Origin: Malacoraja senta
Lineage: Eukaryota
NCBI GenBank assembly: GCA_038087875.1
Contig: CM075982.1
Span: 17,546,001 to 17,610,000, forward strand
Length of the DNA stretch: 64,000 bases
Direction of reading: 5' to 3'
The position numbers were made by a program, and so were the translations under genes. Below are positions 1 to 12,881 of this stretch, in pieces. A model generated the notes under the pieces. It did no database searches. It saw only the letters and a program-made list of their open reading frames with translations, and was not told where the DNA came from. Position 1 is the stretch's first letter, and every line of letters starts with the position of its first letter.

Positions 1-1015
1 AATTTGTACGCATCATCTTTTGCTTTGATACTATTCCTGATTTCCCTTGTTATCCACGGATGCACTACCTTCCCTGATTTATTCTTTTGCCAAACTGGGA
101 TGAACAATTTTTGTAGTTCTTCCATGCAGTCTTTAAATGCCTTCCATTGCATATCCACCGTCAACCCTTTTAGAACTAATTGCCAGTCAATCTTGGCCAA
201 TTCACGTCTCATACCCTCAAAGTTACCTTTCTTTAAGTTCAGAACCGTTGTTTCTGAATGAACAATGTCACTCTCCATCCTAATGAAGAACTCAACCATA
301 TTATGGTCACTCTTGCCCAAGGGGGCACGCACAACAAGACTGCTAACTAACCCTTCCTCATTACTCAATACCCAGTCTAGAATAGCCTGCTCTCTCGTTG
401 GTTCCTCTACATGTTGGTTTAGATAACTATCCCGCATACATTCCAAGAAATCCTCTTCCTCAGCACCCCTGCCAATTTGATTCACCCAATCTATATGTAG
501 ATTGAAGTCACCCATTATAACTGTTTTGCCTTTGTTGCATGCATTTCTAATTTCCTGTTTGATGCCATCCCCAACTTCACTACTACTGCTAGGTGGCCTG
601 TACACAACACCCACCAGCGTTTTCTGCCCCTTAGTGTTTCGCAGCTCTACCCATACCGATTCCACATCCTCCAAGCTAATGTCCTTCCTTTCCACTGCGT
701 TAATCTCCTCTCTAACCAGCAACGCTACCCCACCTCCTTTTCCTTTCTCTCTATCCCTCCTGAATATTGAATATCCCTGGATGTTCAGCTCCCAGCCTTG
801 GTCACCCTGGAGCCATGTCTCCGTGATCCCAACTATATCATAATCATTAATTGCTATCTGCACGTTCAACTCATCCACCTTATTACGAATGCTCCTTGCA
901 TTGAGACACAAAGCCTTCAGGCTTGTTTTTACAACGCTCTTACCCCTTATACAATTATGTTGAAAAGTGGCTCTTTTTGATTTTTGCCCTGGATTTGTCT
1001 GCCTGCCACTTTTAC
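1..1015 (-). mobile_element. CR1-like LINE, ORF2 N-terminal APE endonuclease, running off the window edge
   Basis: Minus frame reads LCLNARSIRNKVDEL..YDIVGITETWL..KGGGVALLV..VYRPP..IMGDFN..ILDWVL..SDH, with no stop seen to position 1. Confidence 0.9.
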
Positions 1016-1565
1016 TTTCTGTGGCAGAGAATTCCACAGATTCACCACTCTCTGTGTAAAAAATGATTTTCTCATCTTGGTCCTAAAAGAATTCCCTCTT
1101 ATCCTTAAACTGTGACCCCCTAGTTCTGGACTTCCCCAACATCGGGAATAATCTTCCTGCATCTAGCCTGTCCAACCCCTTAAGAATTTTGTAAGTTTCT
1201 ATAAGATCCCCCCTCAATCTTCTAAATTCTAGCGTGTACAAGCCGAGTCTATTCAGTCTTTCTTCATATGAAAGTCCTGCCATCCCAGGAATCAGTCTGG
1301 TGAACCTTCTCTGTACTCCCTCTATGGCAAGAATGTCTTTCCTCAGATTAGGAGACCAAAACTGTACGCAATACTCCAGGTGTGGTCTCACCAAGACCCT
1401 GTACAGCCGCAGTAGAACCTCCCTGCTCTTATACTCAAATCCTTTTGCTATGAAAGCTAACATACCATTTGCTTTCTTCACTGCACCTGCATGCCTACTT
1501 TCAATGACTGGTGTACCATGACACCCAGGTCTCGTTGCATCTCCCCTTTTCCTAATCGGCCATTC
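1016..1565 (-). mobile_element. CR1-like LINE, RT C-terminal fragment
   Basis: KKANGMLAFI..LYRVLVRPHLEYCVQFWSP..RRLRGDLIETYKI motifs. Confidence 0.9.
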
Positions 1566-2279
1566 TTTTAAGGCATTCTCTACAAAATAACAATCCACAT
1601 GAATTGTCAATACATTTTGATTTGTAACCATTTCTGTGAAACACTTGAGTTGGCCTCTCTGGTATGAAATAGACATTGAGAAATACATGGCAGATTGGAT
1701 TAGTTGATTATCCATGTCATTCCTGACTATTTCAGGTAACATTTACGACTGAGACTACGAAGAGCATCGTGAAAGTAATTTGTAGCCTAGCAACAGCAGA
1801 TGTTCGGCCAATATTGTCATTACTGAGATACAACTGAGAATGAATTAATAGTCAAAGTCGGAAAATACAAATGTAAATGTTAACATCCCTTGAGTTGAAT
1901 TGTAGCTCATCTTTCGCACATGCCCCATAAATTTCCAGTTTTAGAATGCAATTTCATTCTTGAGTGTCGAATTATTTTTGTATGTTGTAATCTAATCAAG
2001 GAACTCATCTGACAAGAAAGAAGTCCAAAACCTTTTAAAACCACCCAGATCCTGAGACAATTATTTTTCTCTATCGTCTTAACAATACAAGCTTGAATAT
2101 ATTTACTATTTTATGCTTATTGCCACTTTTCACTGTTACCTAGAGAGCTAGAGAGACCTAGAGAGCTAAAATCAGAAGAGGTCGAGGCTGCCGTTCCACC
2201 TCACAGTACCGCTGCTACTGTTTATGATGGATAACAAGCACTGCATCTTCATTGGTAACTGATGAGTTTCTTAAGTTCA

Positions 2280-2855
2280 TATGTTTTAGGAGCAGAATTA
2301 GGCCTTTGGCCCATCAAGTCGTCTACACCATTCAATCAAGGCTAATCTTTCTCTCTCAACCCCATTCTCTGCCTTCTTCCCATAACCTCTGACACCTGTG
2401 CTAATCAAGAGCCTGTCAATCTCCGCCTTAAAAATATCCATTGATGGCCTCCACAGCCGTCTGTGGCAATGAATTCCACAGATTCATCACCCTCTGACTC
2501 AAGAAATTCCTCCTCATCTCCTTTTTAAAGGTACGTCCTTTTATTCTGAGGCTATGGCCTCTGGTCCTAGACTCTCCCACTAGTGGAAACATCCTCTCCA
2601 CTTCCACTCAATCCAGGCTTTTCCCTATTCAGTAAGTTTCAATGAAGTGCCCTTTCATCCTTGTAAACTCCAGCAAGTACAGGCCCAGTGCTGTCAAACG
2701 CTCATCATATGTTAACCAAATCAATCCTGGGATCATTCTTGTAAACCTTCTCTGGACCCGCTCCAACGCCAGCATATCCTTCCTCAGATATGGGGCATAA
2801 AACAGCTCACAACACTACAAATGCAGTCTGATCAGTGCCTTATAAAGCCTCAGCC
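2280..2855 (-). mobile_element. CR1-like LINE 3' fragment
   Basis: Homologous to the 3' end of the copies at 48915 and 62200 (ggagcagaattaggcc.. tail, gaattccacagattcacc motif). Confidence 0.85.
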
Positions 2856-4004
2856 CAGGTTTAGGGCTTGGGAGAGCTGGACAGCATGAAGGGCTGAGGA
2901 GGAGGATTGAATTTATGTTTGTATATCATTTAGAATTATTCTGTTTTTGGCCCCTCATTTTCCGGCAGGAGTAATGGGTGGGAACTGTGTAAGAGATTTC
3001 TTACACAACACTGCCTTCGTCCACTGGGTTGATAATGTAAGTGTTTGAACTGTGCACAGCTAGTCCGGAGGAGAATGATGTGGTTTGGGAAAGGTGCAGA
3101 GAAATTAGAAAGCATAGTATCACAGCGATATATCTTATTGAAGTCAAAACCAACAAGAGTCCTGGGAAATCAAGATGGGAAACAAAACATGCAGTCCCAG
3201 GAGGAGGGAAGAAAGTCTCCCTTGTCAATGAAGTCAAGGACAAGAAGACAGAAGCTAACATCTCACAGTTTAGAATTCAATGGGATTCAATGGGGATAAT
3301 TTCAGTGAGGATTTGAATTTCGCACAGATAATTAAAACCTTTCTGTAGGTGCATTTTGTGTGTATAGAATAGTTTTCTGCAACAATATGTTGTAGAACTA
3401 GCAAGGGAGGAACCCAGATTAGATTCAGAAAATAATAATAGAACTCATTAACAGCTTAATGGCAAGTCTGTGAATGTATGCCAACAGTGATATAAATGTC
3501 AACATTGATATAATATATCGTCCAATAGAATGTTTGATCGGGAGAAATGCAAAAGCATTGTTATAATTTTACTCAAACGACAAAAAATAAATTGTCTTGA
3601 AACATTGTTAGGGGGAGTTTGTTAATACACCATTGGTTGGAGCAAGATTTATGCCACCCTGCAAACGAGCAATATGTTCTATATTGAGTTCCACTCACCA
3701 ATACACTGCGTGGGCCTAAGGGCTAATTTCCCAGAGTTGTTAAAAACAGTTTAAAAGATTTATTGTCTCCAACTGTACCCATTTACCCTTTCATCTAACA
3801 TTGTATTACAGATTTTAATCATACACTGTTTAAAACAAGTGTCCGCCTCACATCCTAATGACTAGTTTTCTGTGTTCTCTATTTTTCCTGCGCCCTCCCT
3901 GGCTTCAATAATTCCAGACAATGACACTTCTATTCCTAGAACAACCTTAGTGTCTCCAACATCTCAATGTACCTAAAGTCATTCAACCCTGCAATCCCTG
4001 GCAA

Positions 4005-4305
4005 CTGTGCGGTGGTGCAGCGGTAGAGTTGCTGCCATACAGTGCTTGCAGTGCCACAGACCCTGGTTCAATCCCGACTACAGGTGCTGTCTGTACGGAG
4101 TTTGTACCTTCTCCCGGTTTTCTCCAAGATCTTCGGTTTCCTCCCACACTCCAAAGATGTACAGGTATGTAGGTAAATTGACTTGGTAAATGTAAAAATT
4201 GTCCCGTGTGTGTAGGATAGTGTTAATGGGCGGGGATCGCTGGTCGGCGCGGACCAGGTGGGCCGAAGGGCCGGTTTCCGCGCTATATCTCTAAACTAAA
4301 TAAAC
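4005..4305 (+). mobile_element. tRNA-derived V-SINE (HE1-like)
   Basis: A/B-box-like head (ggtgcagcggtagag..ggttcaatccc), V-core (ggagtttgtac..ttctccc), LINE-like tail gggccgaagggcc..ctaaactaaa. Confidence 0.85.
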
Positions 4306-4374
4306 TGTTCTGCACTCTCAATAAAGCTTTATTGATACAAGAACTTGGAAGAATAGTGTTGTCAGGCATATAGT

Positions 4375-4692
4375 AATGTGTAAAAAAACAGACTACTGCA
4401 GGGACTCAGTAGGTCAGGCAGCATCTGCAGAGAGAAATAGGCAGACAACATTTTGGGTTGGGACCCCCACATTTCCTCCACAGGTGCTGCATGACCCGTT
4501 GAGTTCCTCCAGCAGTTTCTTTTTGCTCAAGATTCCTGCATCTTGTCTTTCGTCTCTCCATTTTACTATGAAATAACCTTAGTGTGCTCACCTCCTCATT
4601 TCTCTCCAGATGTTGCCTGACCCGCTGACTTCATTCATCAGTCTGTTTTTGTTTTCCGCAAGACTCCAGCACCTGCAGTCTCTTGTGTCTCT
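4375..4692. mobile_element. Degenerate Penelope-terminus modules (inverted pair plus a further copy)
   Basis: ctcag..ggcagcatct / gctgc.tgacccg.tgagttcctccagca motifs shared with 15423-15623 and 39277-39503. Confidence 0.65.
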
Positions 4693-5164
4693 ATAAAGTA
4701 ATACATCCCTATTTATAAAGCCCAGTATCTTGTATGCTTTTTCAATTACATTAAACCCATTTTACCAAGCCACTTGCAATGTTCTATGCATGTATATCTG
4801 CATCTTGCTGTCCCTATCCACCTCTTCAAATTGAATGGTTTAGCAAGTTTCATTTCATTATTTTTACCAACAGTGCATTACATCTGCGTCACCTGCCATT
4901 TAGTTTACCAAGCTGGTCTCTGTTTCTTGAAGTTTATTGCTCTTTTCAGCTTTGTTTTAAGACAAAGCTTAAACTCTGTCTTATTATTTAAGACGGGTGG
5001 AAGCAAGGAATTGTATGTCATTTAGCTGAACATCTAATGTCTGGAAATCAATAGACACTATATTTAAGGATAGAGTAGGAGTAGGTCATAAGCAGCCAGC
5101 ACAAATTTGTAAAGAGTAGGTTTTTCGCTGAAGAACCTTAAGCCTTCTTCATTATTGGAACATT

Positions 5165-5450
5165 GGATAGTCATAGAGAGACTGTATGGGTGGCATCATA
5201 AGTGGCAGCCTCGCCAACAGCCTGTCACGTCCCTTATTGTATCTTCGTCCACACTGTGGCCTAACATCGTGGAGCTGGCAGTCCTTTTGTTAGGAATCGA
5301 CCGCAAGAGTTTCGACCGCCCTGACTGCGGATGGTTCGATCGCCCCGACCGTGGGACAAAAGGAGGAAGAAGGTAAAAGTTATTCGCCTTCCATCACAGT
5401 GGGGAATGTGAGATCGCCAAAAAACAAGATGGACGTGCTGCCTGCGCTGC
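5165..5450 (+). mobile_element. 5' part of a Rex1/L2-type LINE-derived element (near-copy of 6897-7110)
   Basis: Encodes PSITVGNVRSPKNKMDVL, an APE endonuclease N-terminus-like motif. Confidence 0.65.
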
Positions 5451-6849
5451 ACAGTGCATTACATCTGCGTCACCTGCCATTTAGTTTACCAAGCTGGTCT
5501 CTGTTTCTTGAAGTTTATTGCTCTTTTCAGCTTTGATGTCTTCGGGAGTAGAAATTGTGCCCTGTACACCTGTCAAATGAAGACATCGCAAAGATCCCTA
5601 TGTACAGTACAGCACAGTACACCTGCCTGTACTATGGAACTTCAAGTATATCCAGTGACTTGGCCTCGACAGCCTTCTGTGGCAATGAATTCCACAGATT
5701 CACCATCTGAGTAAAGAAATTCCTCATCTCCTTCCTAAAGGAATGTCCTTTAATTCCGAGGCTTATGTTACTGTCCCATTAAACAACTTCAGCAGTAGAA
5801 TATTCAGCAGCTGATAAATGAGCAGGGTATTGAGAGGAAATGTTCTTTTCATTTTCCACTGCTCCAATGAATTGTGTTGCCGGGTGCTCTGGCAGAAGAA
5901 AACCTATTCCAATTACAGGAGCATTGGAAAATGGTGATCCTACTGCAGGCTCCATGGGAGCATAGTGACTCCACTGGTTGACACGTGGGCAGCCAAAGTT
6001 ACATGCTGTGTGCTTATGCCATGCCCCTTCCTTCTGATGAGAAAGGCAGGTTGCAGCAGTAACTACCAGTTGACGGTTTGGACAGTTGTTGTCGTCAACT
6101 ACCTTACAGTAGAGTAAGAAATAAGTGGGTTTACTGATGCAGTAAAAGGGGGAAGGAGGAGAGAGGGAAAACGAATGCCGGGAATGAACAAAAAAGGGTG
6201 ATGCTGCAAGGCAAAGACAGTGGCGATGGGACAAGCGAGGAAACGGACGATTAGAAACACGCAACTGCAGACAATGGAATCTTGAGCAAAACACAAAGTG
6301 CTGGAGCAGCATCAGCAGAGGAAATGGAGAGGCGACGCTTCGGGTCGGGATCCTTCTCCACACAAGGTCAGGTTGAAGGTAAAAATGGAAGAAGCAGAAT
6401 CATTGAGGTCATAAATGCCACAGATGCTGCAAATCTGAAATAACAGAAAATGCTGGGACTGCTTGTTATCTGAAATTATTGACTTCTACACTGAGCACAG
6501 AAGGCACATGTTCTTGAAATTTTAACTATTTCTCTTTCCACACGTCTTCAAACCTGTTGCGTATTTTCGCCATTTTATATATTTTTTTCAGATTTACAAC
6601 CTCTGGGGTATTTTGTTGTATATTTCCTAAATTCTCCCAATTCAGGAACTGTTCTCTATAATTGGTAGATTGCATGGCTCTTTTATTATTTAAGACAGGC
6701 GGAAGCAAGGAATTGTACGTCATTTAGCTGAACATCTATTGTCTGGAAATCAATAGACATTATATTTAAGGATAGAGTAGGAGTAGGTCATAAGCAGCCA
6801 GCACAAATTTGTAAAGAGTAGGTTTTTCGCTGAAGAACCTTAAGGGGGA

Positions 6850-7485
6850 AACTTTTTTTTTATTTCTTCACCCGATGGAGATGCAACTTTTTCCATATTG
6901 TATCTTCGTCCACACTGTGGCCTAACATCGTGGAGCTAGCAGTCCTTTTGTTAGGAATCGACGGCAAGAGTTTCGACCACGCCGACTGCGGATGGTTCGA
7001 TCGCCCCGACCGTGGGAGAAAAGGAGGAAGAAGGTAAAAGTTATTCGCCTTCCATCACAGTGGGGAATGTGAGATCGCCAGAAAACAAGATGGACGTGCT
7101 GCCTGCGCTGGTGGGGACTCGGAGGGATTGCCGTGAGTGCAGTGATCTCTGTGTTTGCGGGGACATCGCTCCATGAGAACGTCCTGGAGTCTGGTGCGAG
7201 TGTGGACGACTTTCTGACTGTTTGGGCAGACAGGGACTGCAGAGCGAGTGACAACGGTCGGTACAACTCTGGTCACATCACGGTGAAGGAGCGTGTGTGT
7301 GGCCTGGACATTGAACTGATGGCTGTGGGTCTCCGCTAATGCTGAGAGCCCTAGGGATTCACACATGTCGCTGTGGTGGCTGTTTATGTTTAATCTTTAT
7401 GTAGTTTTGTATCTTGTCGCTATCTTGGTATGGTAAATCAAATTTCACTGTGCCTTGGCACACGTGACAATAAAGGACCTTGAAA
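6850..7485 (+). mobile_element. Internally deleted LINE derivative (endonuclease 5' remnant fused to a 3' tail)
   Basis: Degenerate EN motifs (GNVRS..NKMD, WADRDC, HITVKERVC..DIELMAVGLR) run directly into the tail tcactgtgcc..gtgacaataaa. Confidence 0.65.
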
Positions 7486-8685
7486 CAAGTTGAGCAGCAT
7501 GTTCCAACCTCAGGCACCAGGTCCATAGTCCTGCTGGTCACAGCTCTTCAAGTACAAAATCCAAGTGCTTTGCAAATCTGATGCAGGTTTCTATCTTATC
7601 TACTATTCAGAGCAGTGAGTTCCAGACCTCACCACCATCCAGATGAGAATTTTGCTTACTCATCTCCCCTCCAAACATTCCACCTCGTAATGTAAAACCA
7701 TGCCCATTCATTTTTGATTTATCTGCCAAGAGGAAAATACCCTACTCCTTTTACTCAATCAGAATAATTTTATACAGGTTAATTAAATCTCCCTTCAGAA
7801 GAAGGGTCCTAACCCAAAACTTCATCCATGCACATTCTCCAAAGATGCTGCTGAGTTTTACTGAGTTACTCCAGCACAGTTTCTTTTCCAGTCTATCTAA
7901 TCCTTCTTCGTGGGCTGGAACATTTGTCGCGTTTTCATGTAAATTTCTTCTGCACATCATAAGTCCTGTCCTATCTTTCCAATAATCTGGTGACCAGCAG
8001 TTTACACAACACTTAAGCTGCAGTCTAACTAGTGTTATGCTCAAAGATAGGCACAAAGTGCTGGAGTAACTCAGCAGGACAAGCAGCATCTCTGGAGAGA
8101 AGGAATGGTTGACGTTTCAGGTCGAGACCTTTCTTTTCCACCATAGCATTCCTTCCCTTTTATTCCATGCCCTGGCTAATTAAAAAAAAAAACATCTTGA
8201 TTACATTTATTTATTTACATGACATTCAAAAGGCATCTGATAGTCCAACATAAGAGAACATCAGCTAAAGTTAAAGCTAATGGAATTGAAGGCAAATTAT
8301 TGCTCTGCTTAAGGAATTGGAAGTATGGCAGGTGACAGATTGTATACTTTTAGTTTATCAATCTATTCCTATTGATTTATTCCCTCAGTTATACCATACA
8401 GCACAGCAACAGGCCCTTCGGCCCACGATATCTGTGCCAAACGTGGTGCCAAGATTTAACTCTGTGTAAAAAAAACTTGCCCCGCATATCACCTTCAATG
8501 TTTGCCCCTCACACCTCATAGAGCAATGCCCAACAGTGTGTGACCATCTTTGTGGGAATCTCACTACATGCAAAATATTTGCCACGTTTCTTCTCAAAAT
8601 AAACTGGTATATGTAAAGCTCGTTGTATTAATGAATAGACATGATCAGGCACTGTATAAATTATAATTTCTTTAGAATCAATTCA

Positions 8686-11600
8686 TTTATTCCATGAATA
8701 CCTGACACTGGATGATAAAAGTTGAATACATTTTTTATGCGCAGTAAAACATTAAACACTGCCACCAAAAACCTTCACACTCCTGCAATGATGATGAACC
8801 AATGAACTCACACTTTATGCTCTGGGGAGTAATTTCTGTGGCCAAACTGCACATTATGCACAAACATATGACTCTTAACAGCAGACAAAGAGACCAAAAA
8901 CATTTGAAGGGAAGCCAGATTTTAATGGACATATAGATGTATCAACTTTTACTAAATCTGGTTCAGTAACATTCAATGAAGTATTTTATTTATCAATTTA
9001 TCAGAAAACAGAATAATATGAGCCACGAGCATGTTAACAGTCAAATATTACATTTGGAAAATGAAATTTTACATACATCCTTACAGCAGACAAGTTATAC
9101 AATATTTGGAATGCATTGAGAATGGAATGAAGCATCTTAAGTATACCAGCTTCACTGGAATGAGAGTGAGTACAAGGTTAGAGTATTCTTCAGTTACCCA
9201 GTGTGGCAACTCAACAAATCTAAGAATCATTTTTAATTCTCTCCTAAAAACACAACCCATTAAAAACCATTGTTCGAAAGCACATTGATAAACAATAACC
9301 TTCCATTTAAGTTCCAATCCTGCAGTATTAACAACTCTAAAATGGGTTAGCCTTGAGCTTTCCTCAGTCCTGCAGGAACCCCCCCCCCTTTATCCTTGAG
9401 GTGTGTACCTGCACAGCCTAAAGGGCCTGTCCCACTTACGCGACCTTTACAGGCGACTGCTGGCACCCGTGATAGGTCGCTGAAATTTTCAACATGTTGA
9501 AAATTCAGCGGCGACCAGAAAGACGCTACGACTCTTTGGAGACCTCTCACGACCATAGACCTCCTCTCACGACCATACAGGCGACCCCTGGCGACATGTT
9601 GCGGGTGACCTCTCACGACCATAGGGGACCACTCACGACCATACAGCCTGTATCATCATGAGAGGTCTCCTATGGTCGTGAGAGGTCTCCAAAGAGTCGT
9701 AGCGTCTTTTTGGTCGCTGCTGAATTTTCAACGTTGAAAATTTCGGCGACCTATCACGGGTGTTGGCAGTCGCCTGTAAAGGTCGCGTAAGTGTGACAGG
9801 CCCTTAATTGACGCAAGTCTGAAAGAATCCTGTTGCATTCCCTTTTTAACTATAATGTGGAAATGAGAATTTGGAATCATTTCATTCCTTCCCAAGAAAC
9901 ACAAACAACTGTTACATATGAAAAATAAATCGCGGAAACCACTTTTAATACAGGGTTTAAACTATTACAAGATGACAATTTATGCATTTGCATACGTAAA
10001 GCAGCAGCACATTGCAATAGATAAAGGCTCAGCACAGAATGAACTGGAACTGTTTGAACACACAAGAAAAAGTGCTTTCATTGGAATTCTCACTATTAGA
10101 TAAGGATATTCCTTGAAGTGGTGCACTGCCTACTAAAGCGACTGCCTTAGTTATGTAAAGGTCAGAATTGTTAAGAAGTGCGGGTTTTCATCCTGGCAAT
10201 ATATTAGTGAACTTGTAAAGATTTTACATTGATCCAATGGCTTAATGTGCTTTTTAAACTGATACCAGCTTTTAGCTTGTTTTTTAAAAATTACATTCAC
10301 AATCTCAAATCTGTCATGATGAGATTTGAACTCCCATACTTGGGATTATCACTTAATACAACATTAATGAAATACAACTACTGGAAATTTGTGAAATATG
10401 TAGTTTGTTTCTGAAATTCCGATCACATCTAGCAAAAGTAGTCTGGCTGTCTAAACAGAATGAGCTGTTCATTCACTGGATTTGATGCGAAAATCTTAAA
10501 AATACAAGTAACATTTTTTTACATACCAATTCAATTCCCCTCTTTCGTGAGTATACATAGTTTCTTGGTGAGGCACACCTCCTACTCTCTAGAAGCATAT
10601 AGACAAATGTTGCCAGGATATTAGACAATAGAAGACACAATTGACCATCATCATAACTGTGAGCTTTACATGCTTCTGACAAATTATATCTAGCTGTGAT
10701 TTAAAGTGGCAGCCCTGGCTGATTAGCTCACTACTTTAGCCCAGCAGAGTTGAGGATCATGAAAACCCTACTGGTACTTGAATGCAATCAGCTAATCCAG
10801 CACAAAGAGAATCTAGGTCTGACAGTACCTTCTCCTGTCTTCCTATGACAGGAGACTTCTTCACTGAAGTCCTTCACTCATTAACATTAAATCTTCTGAT
10901 TAACATTAAATCAGAAAATAGCAAGCGTCTCTGAAAAAATGAAACCGCAGGTGCTAGCGATCTAAAACAAAAGCACAAAATGATGAGCATCACCGAGAAA
11001 CCTCTGTCCTCTATCAGTGTTTCATCTGGTGCCATTGGAAACACGTGATAATCGTAAACCAGTGAATTAAATCAATGAGTTGACAAGGACACACAAAAAG
11101 AAAAATGTTTAAAGCCTTGTGAAATATTAATACACAGAAAACGTAAAAAATTTCCAGGATATAAATCTGTGTTGTTCACCATTATGTGGTTTCCTCGTTA
11201 TAGAATATGTTGCTTGGTGCATGCTTGCACTGCAGAGACTGCAATAAACATGCCCTGTTGGTGATTGATAGAGATTACAATCACAGACAGTTGTCTCAAA
11301 CCAGATTGTGCTCAATTGTCAGAACATAAAAACCTTGGAAACTGTCAACATTATGAATGGGTAAAGTCATCTGTCCAATTTTTTGGAGTAAAGGTACTGG
11401 GGAAGATTACCTTGCTTGAAAAAGAATACATTCATTGAAGCCAAACCTGATCCTGATTTTTGACTCCCTATCCAGGTAACCACAGGAGAGAGAGAGACAT
11501 GTCCATCCACCTAACATACTAATGAGAGCAAAAAAATAAATCCAATCAATACTGATGCTACATTCAGCCACAACGATACAACTAAACGCTTAACTAGCAT

Positions 11601-12806
11601 TCTTTAAGATTGTCAGCAAGACACTTTGCGAAGCTCAGTCCACTTTATTGCCATTCAAGTATGAACATAAAATGAGCTATATCTTAATGAGTATTAATAT
11701 AAAGAAAAAGCCTTGGGGCAATAAGGATCAATCAGAATGCATCACCACCAAAATACAGTGAAAAGCTTTTTAGTGAGACCCTGCATCTGGTTAGCTACAC
11801 TGCTATTTCTATTTTGTCAAACAATTTATTGAAATATCAGGGATGGATTTAAAAAACATGTTTCAGGAAAACTGCAACAAGCACATCTACAAAAATTAAG
11901 CCTTTTGTATGAGGATAATGCAGACACCATGTAGGATGCTGCTTACAATAAATGTTATTGTAAATAAAATCCTTAAATGGGAGACATGCAAAATACAGCC
12001 CCCCCCCCCCCCCCTCTCCCTTCTTAAGGGGGAAAAATCCTCAAGTTTCAGCATGATACAACATTATTGCTGAGCAGGTTTCAGGAGAAGTCGGACATTG
12101 GTTGGTTTCAGTGAGAAACGTGAAGTCCTGAAAAAAAGACTCCACCCATCTCAGATTAACGTGAGCGACTGACTGAAAATCTAGGGCTTCTTCTTGGGAA
12201 CACGTACAAAGTCCTTCAAGAACCTGCAGGATTTTTGTGAAGAGGAGCCTTTAAAAGGAAATATTGTATAGGTTTGATTAAGTACAGCTTGGTTAAATAA
12301 ACAAGTTTTCTTATGGGGAAAGTAACTCTCATGGTTTATATATTTCAAGTACTTTCCCCATGACATTCTCAATGCTTTAAAAACACACCCAACATTTTGG
12401 CCACCCTCTATATTTTACACATCCTATGGACACTAGCACAGATGCTAACTTACCTAGTCCAATTATACTTTAGGTCTAAATCAATTAATAAAACACAACA
12501 AACTTGGCACAGAACAAATATATCTGTTGAAATAATATCACTGAGATAGTGGTCTGAACAGTGGTTTAAAAAAATAGCAAATAAAAGAACACATATTTCT
12601 GGCACTGAAATTGACTATAGTTGGCACCTTCTATCGAATGTATACAATTTTACGTTTCACCATTTCATCAGTGCATTTCCATTAAAAAACACCAAATGGA
12701 GATTTTGGTTAGGATCCATTTCTAGTACGCACTGTTAGTGATAATTGCTGAGAGGAATGCATGAAGATGGGTACATCCAGTACGATTGGGGAGCTGGTTC
12801 CGATCT
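8686..12806 (-). other. AP2B1: Probable AP2B1 3' UTR (end uncertain)
   Basis: Repeat-poor ~4 kb downstream of the stop. Minus-strand AATAAA candidates at 11825-11830, 11644-11649, 8985-8990 and 8686-8691. Confidence 0.45.
9422..9804. mobile_element. Harbinger/PIF-like foldback MITE with TAA target duplication
   Basis: Termini AGGGCCTGTCCCAC / GTGTGACAGGCCCT, TAA on both sides (9419-9421 and 9805-9807), and inverted arms of about 140 bp. Confidence 0.85.
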
Positions 12807-12881
12807 TCAATTCTTCAGAAGAGTGTCGTAGACTTGGTAGACATACTGTGATACCTCTGGTGCCCTGCATTTTAATGACAG
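12807..12881 (-). CDS. AP2B1: AP-2 complex subunit beta, terminal coding exon (LSLKCRAPEVSQYVYQVYDTLLKN*)
   Basis: Hand-translated, because it lies in a different frame from listed ORF 12709..12903. Acceptor TTTTCTTCCTCCCTCACAG; TGA stop at 12807-12809; matches the known AP2B1 C-terminus LSLKCRAPEVSQY..Y..ILKN. Confidence 0.95.
   Translation of the reverse strand: MSLKCRAPEVSQYVYQVYDTLLKN

Noticed and set aside
5779-6363. 194-aa minus-strand ORF
   Set aside because: Begins inside a repeat module and has no recognisable homology; likely chance.
9540-9645. Repeated CTCTCACGACCATA units resembling a CRISPR-like array
   Set aside because: Short, irregularly spaced internal repeats of a MITE in a vertebrate genome, with no cas genes.
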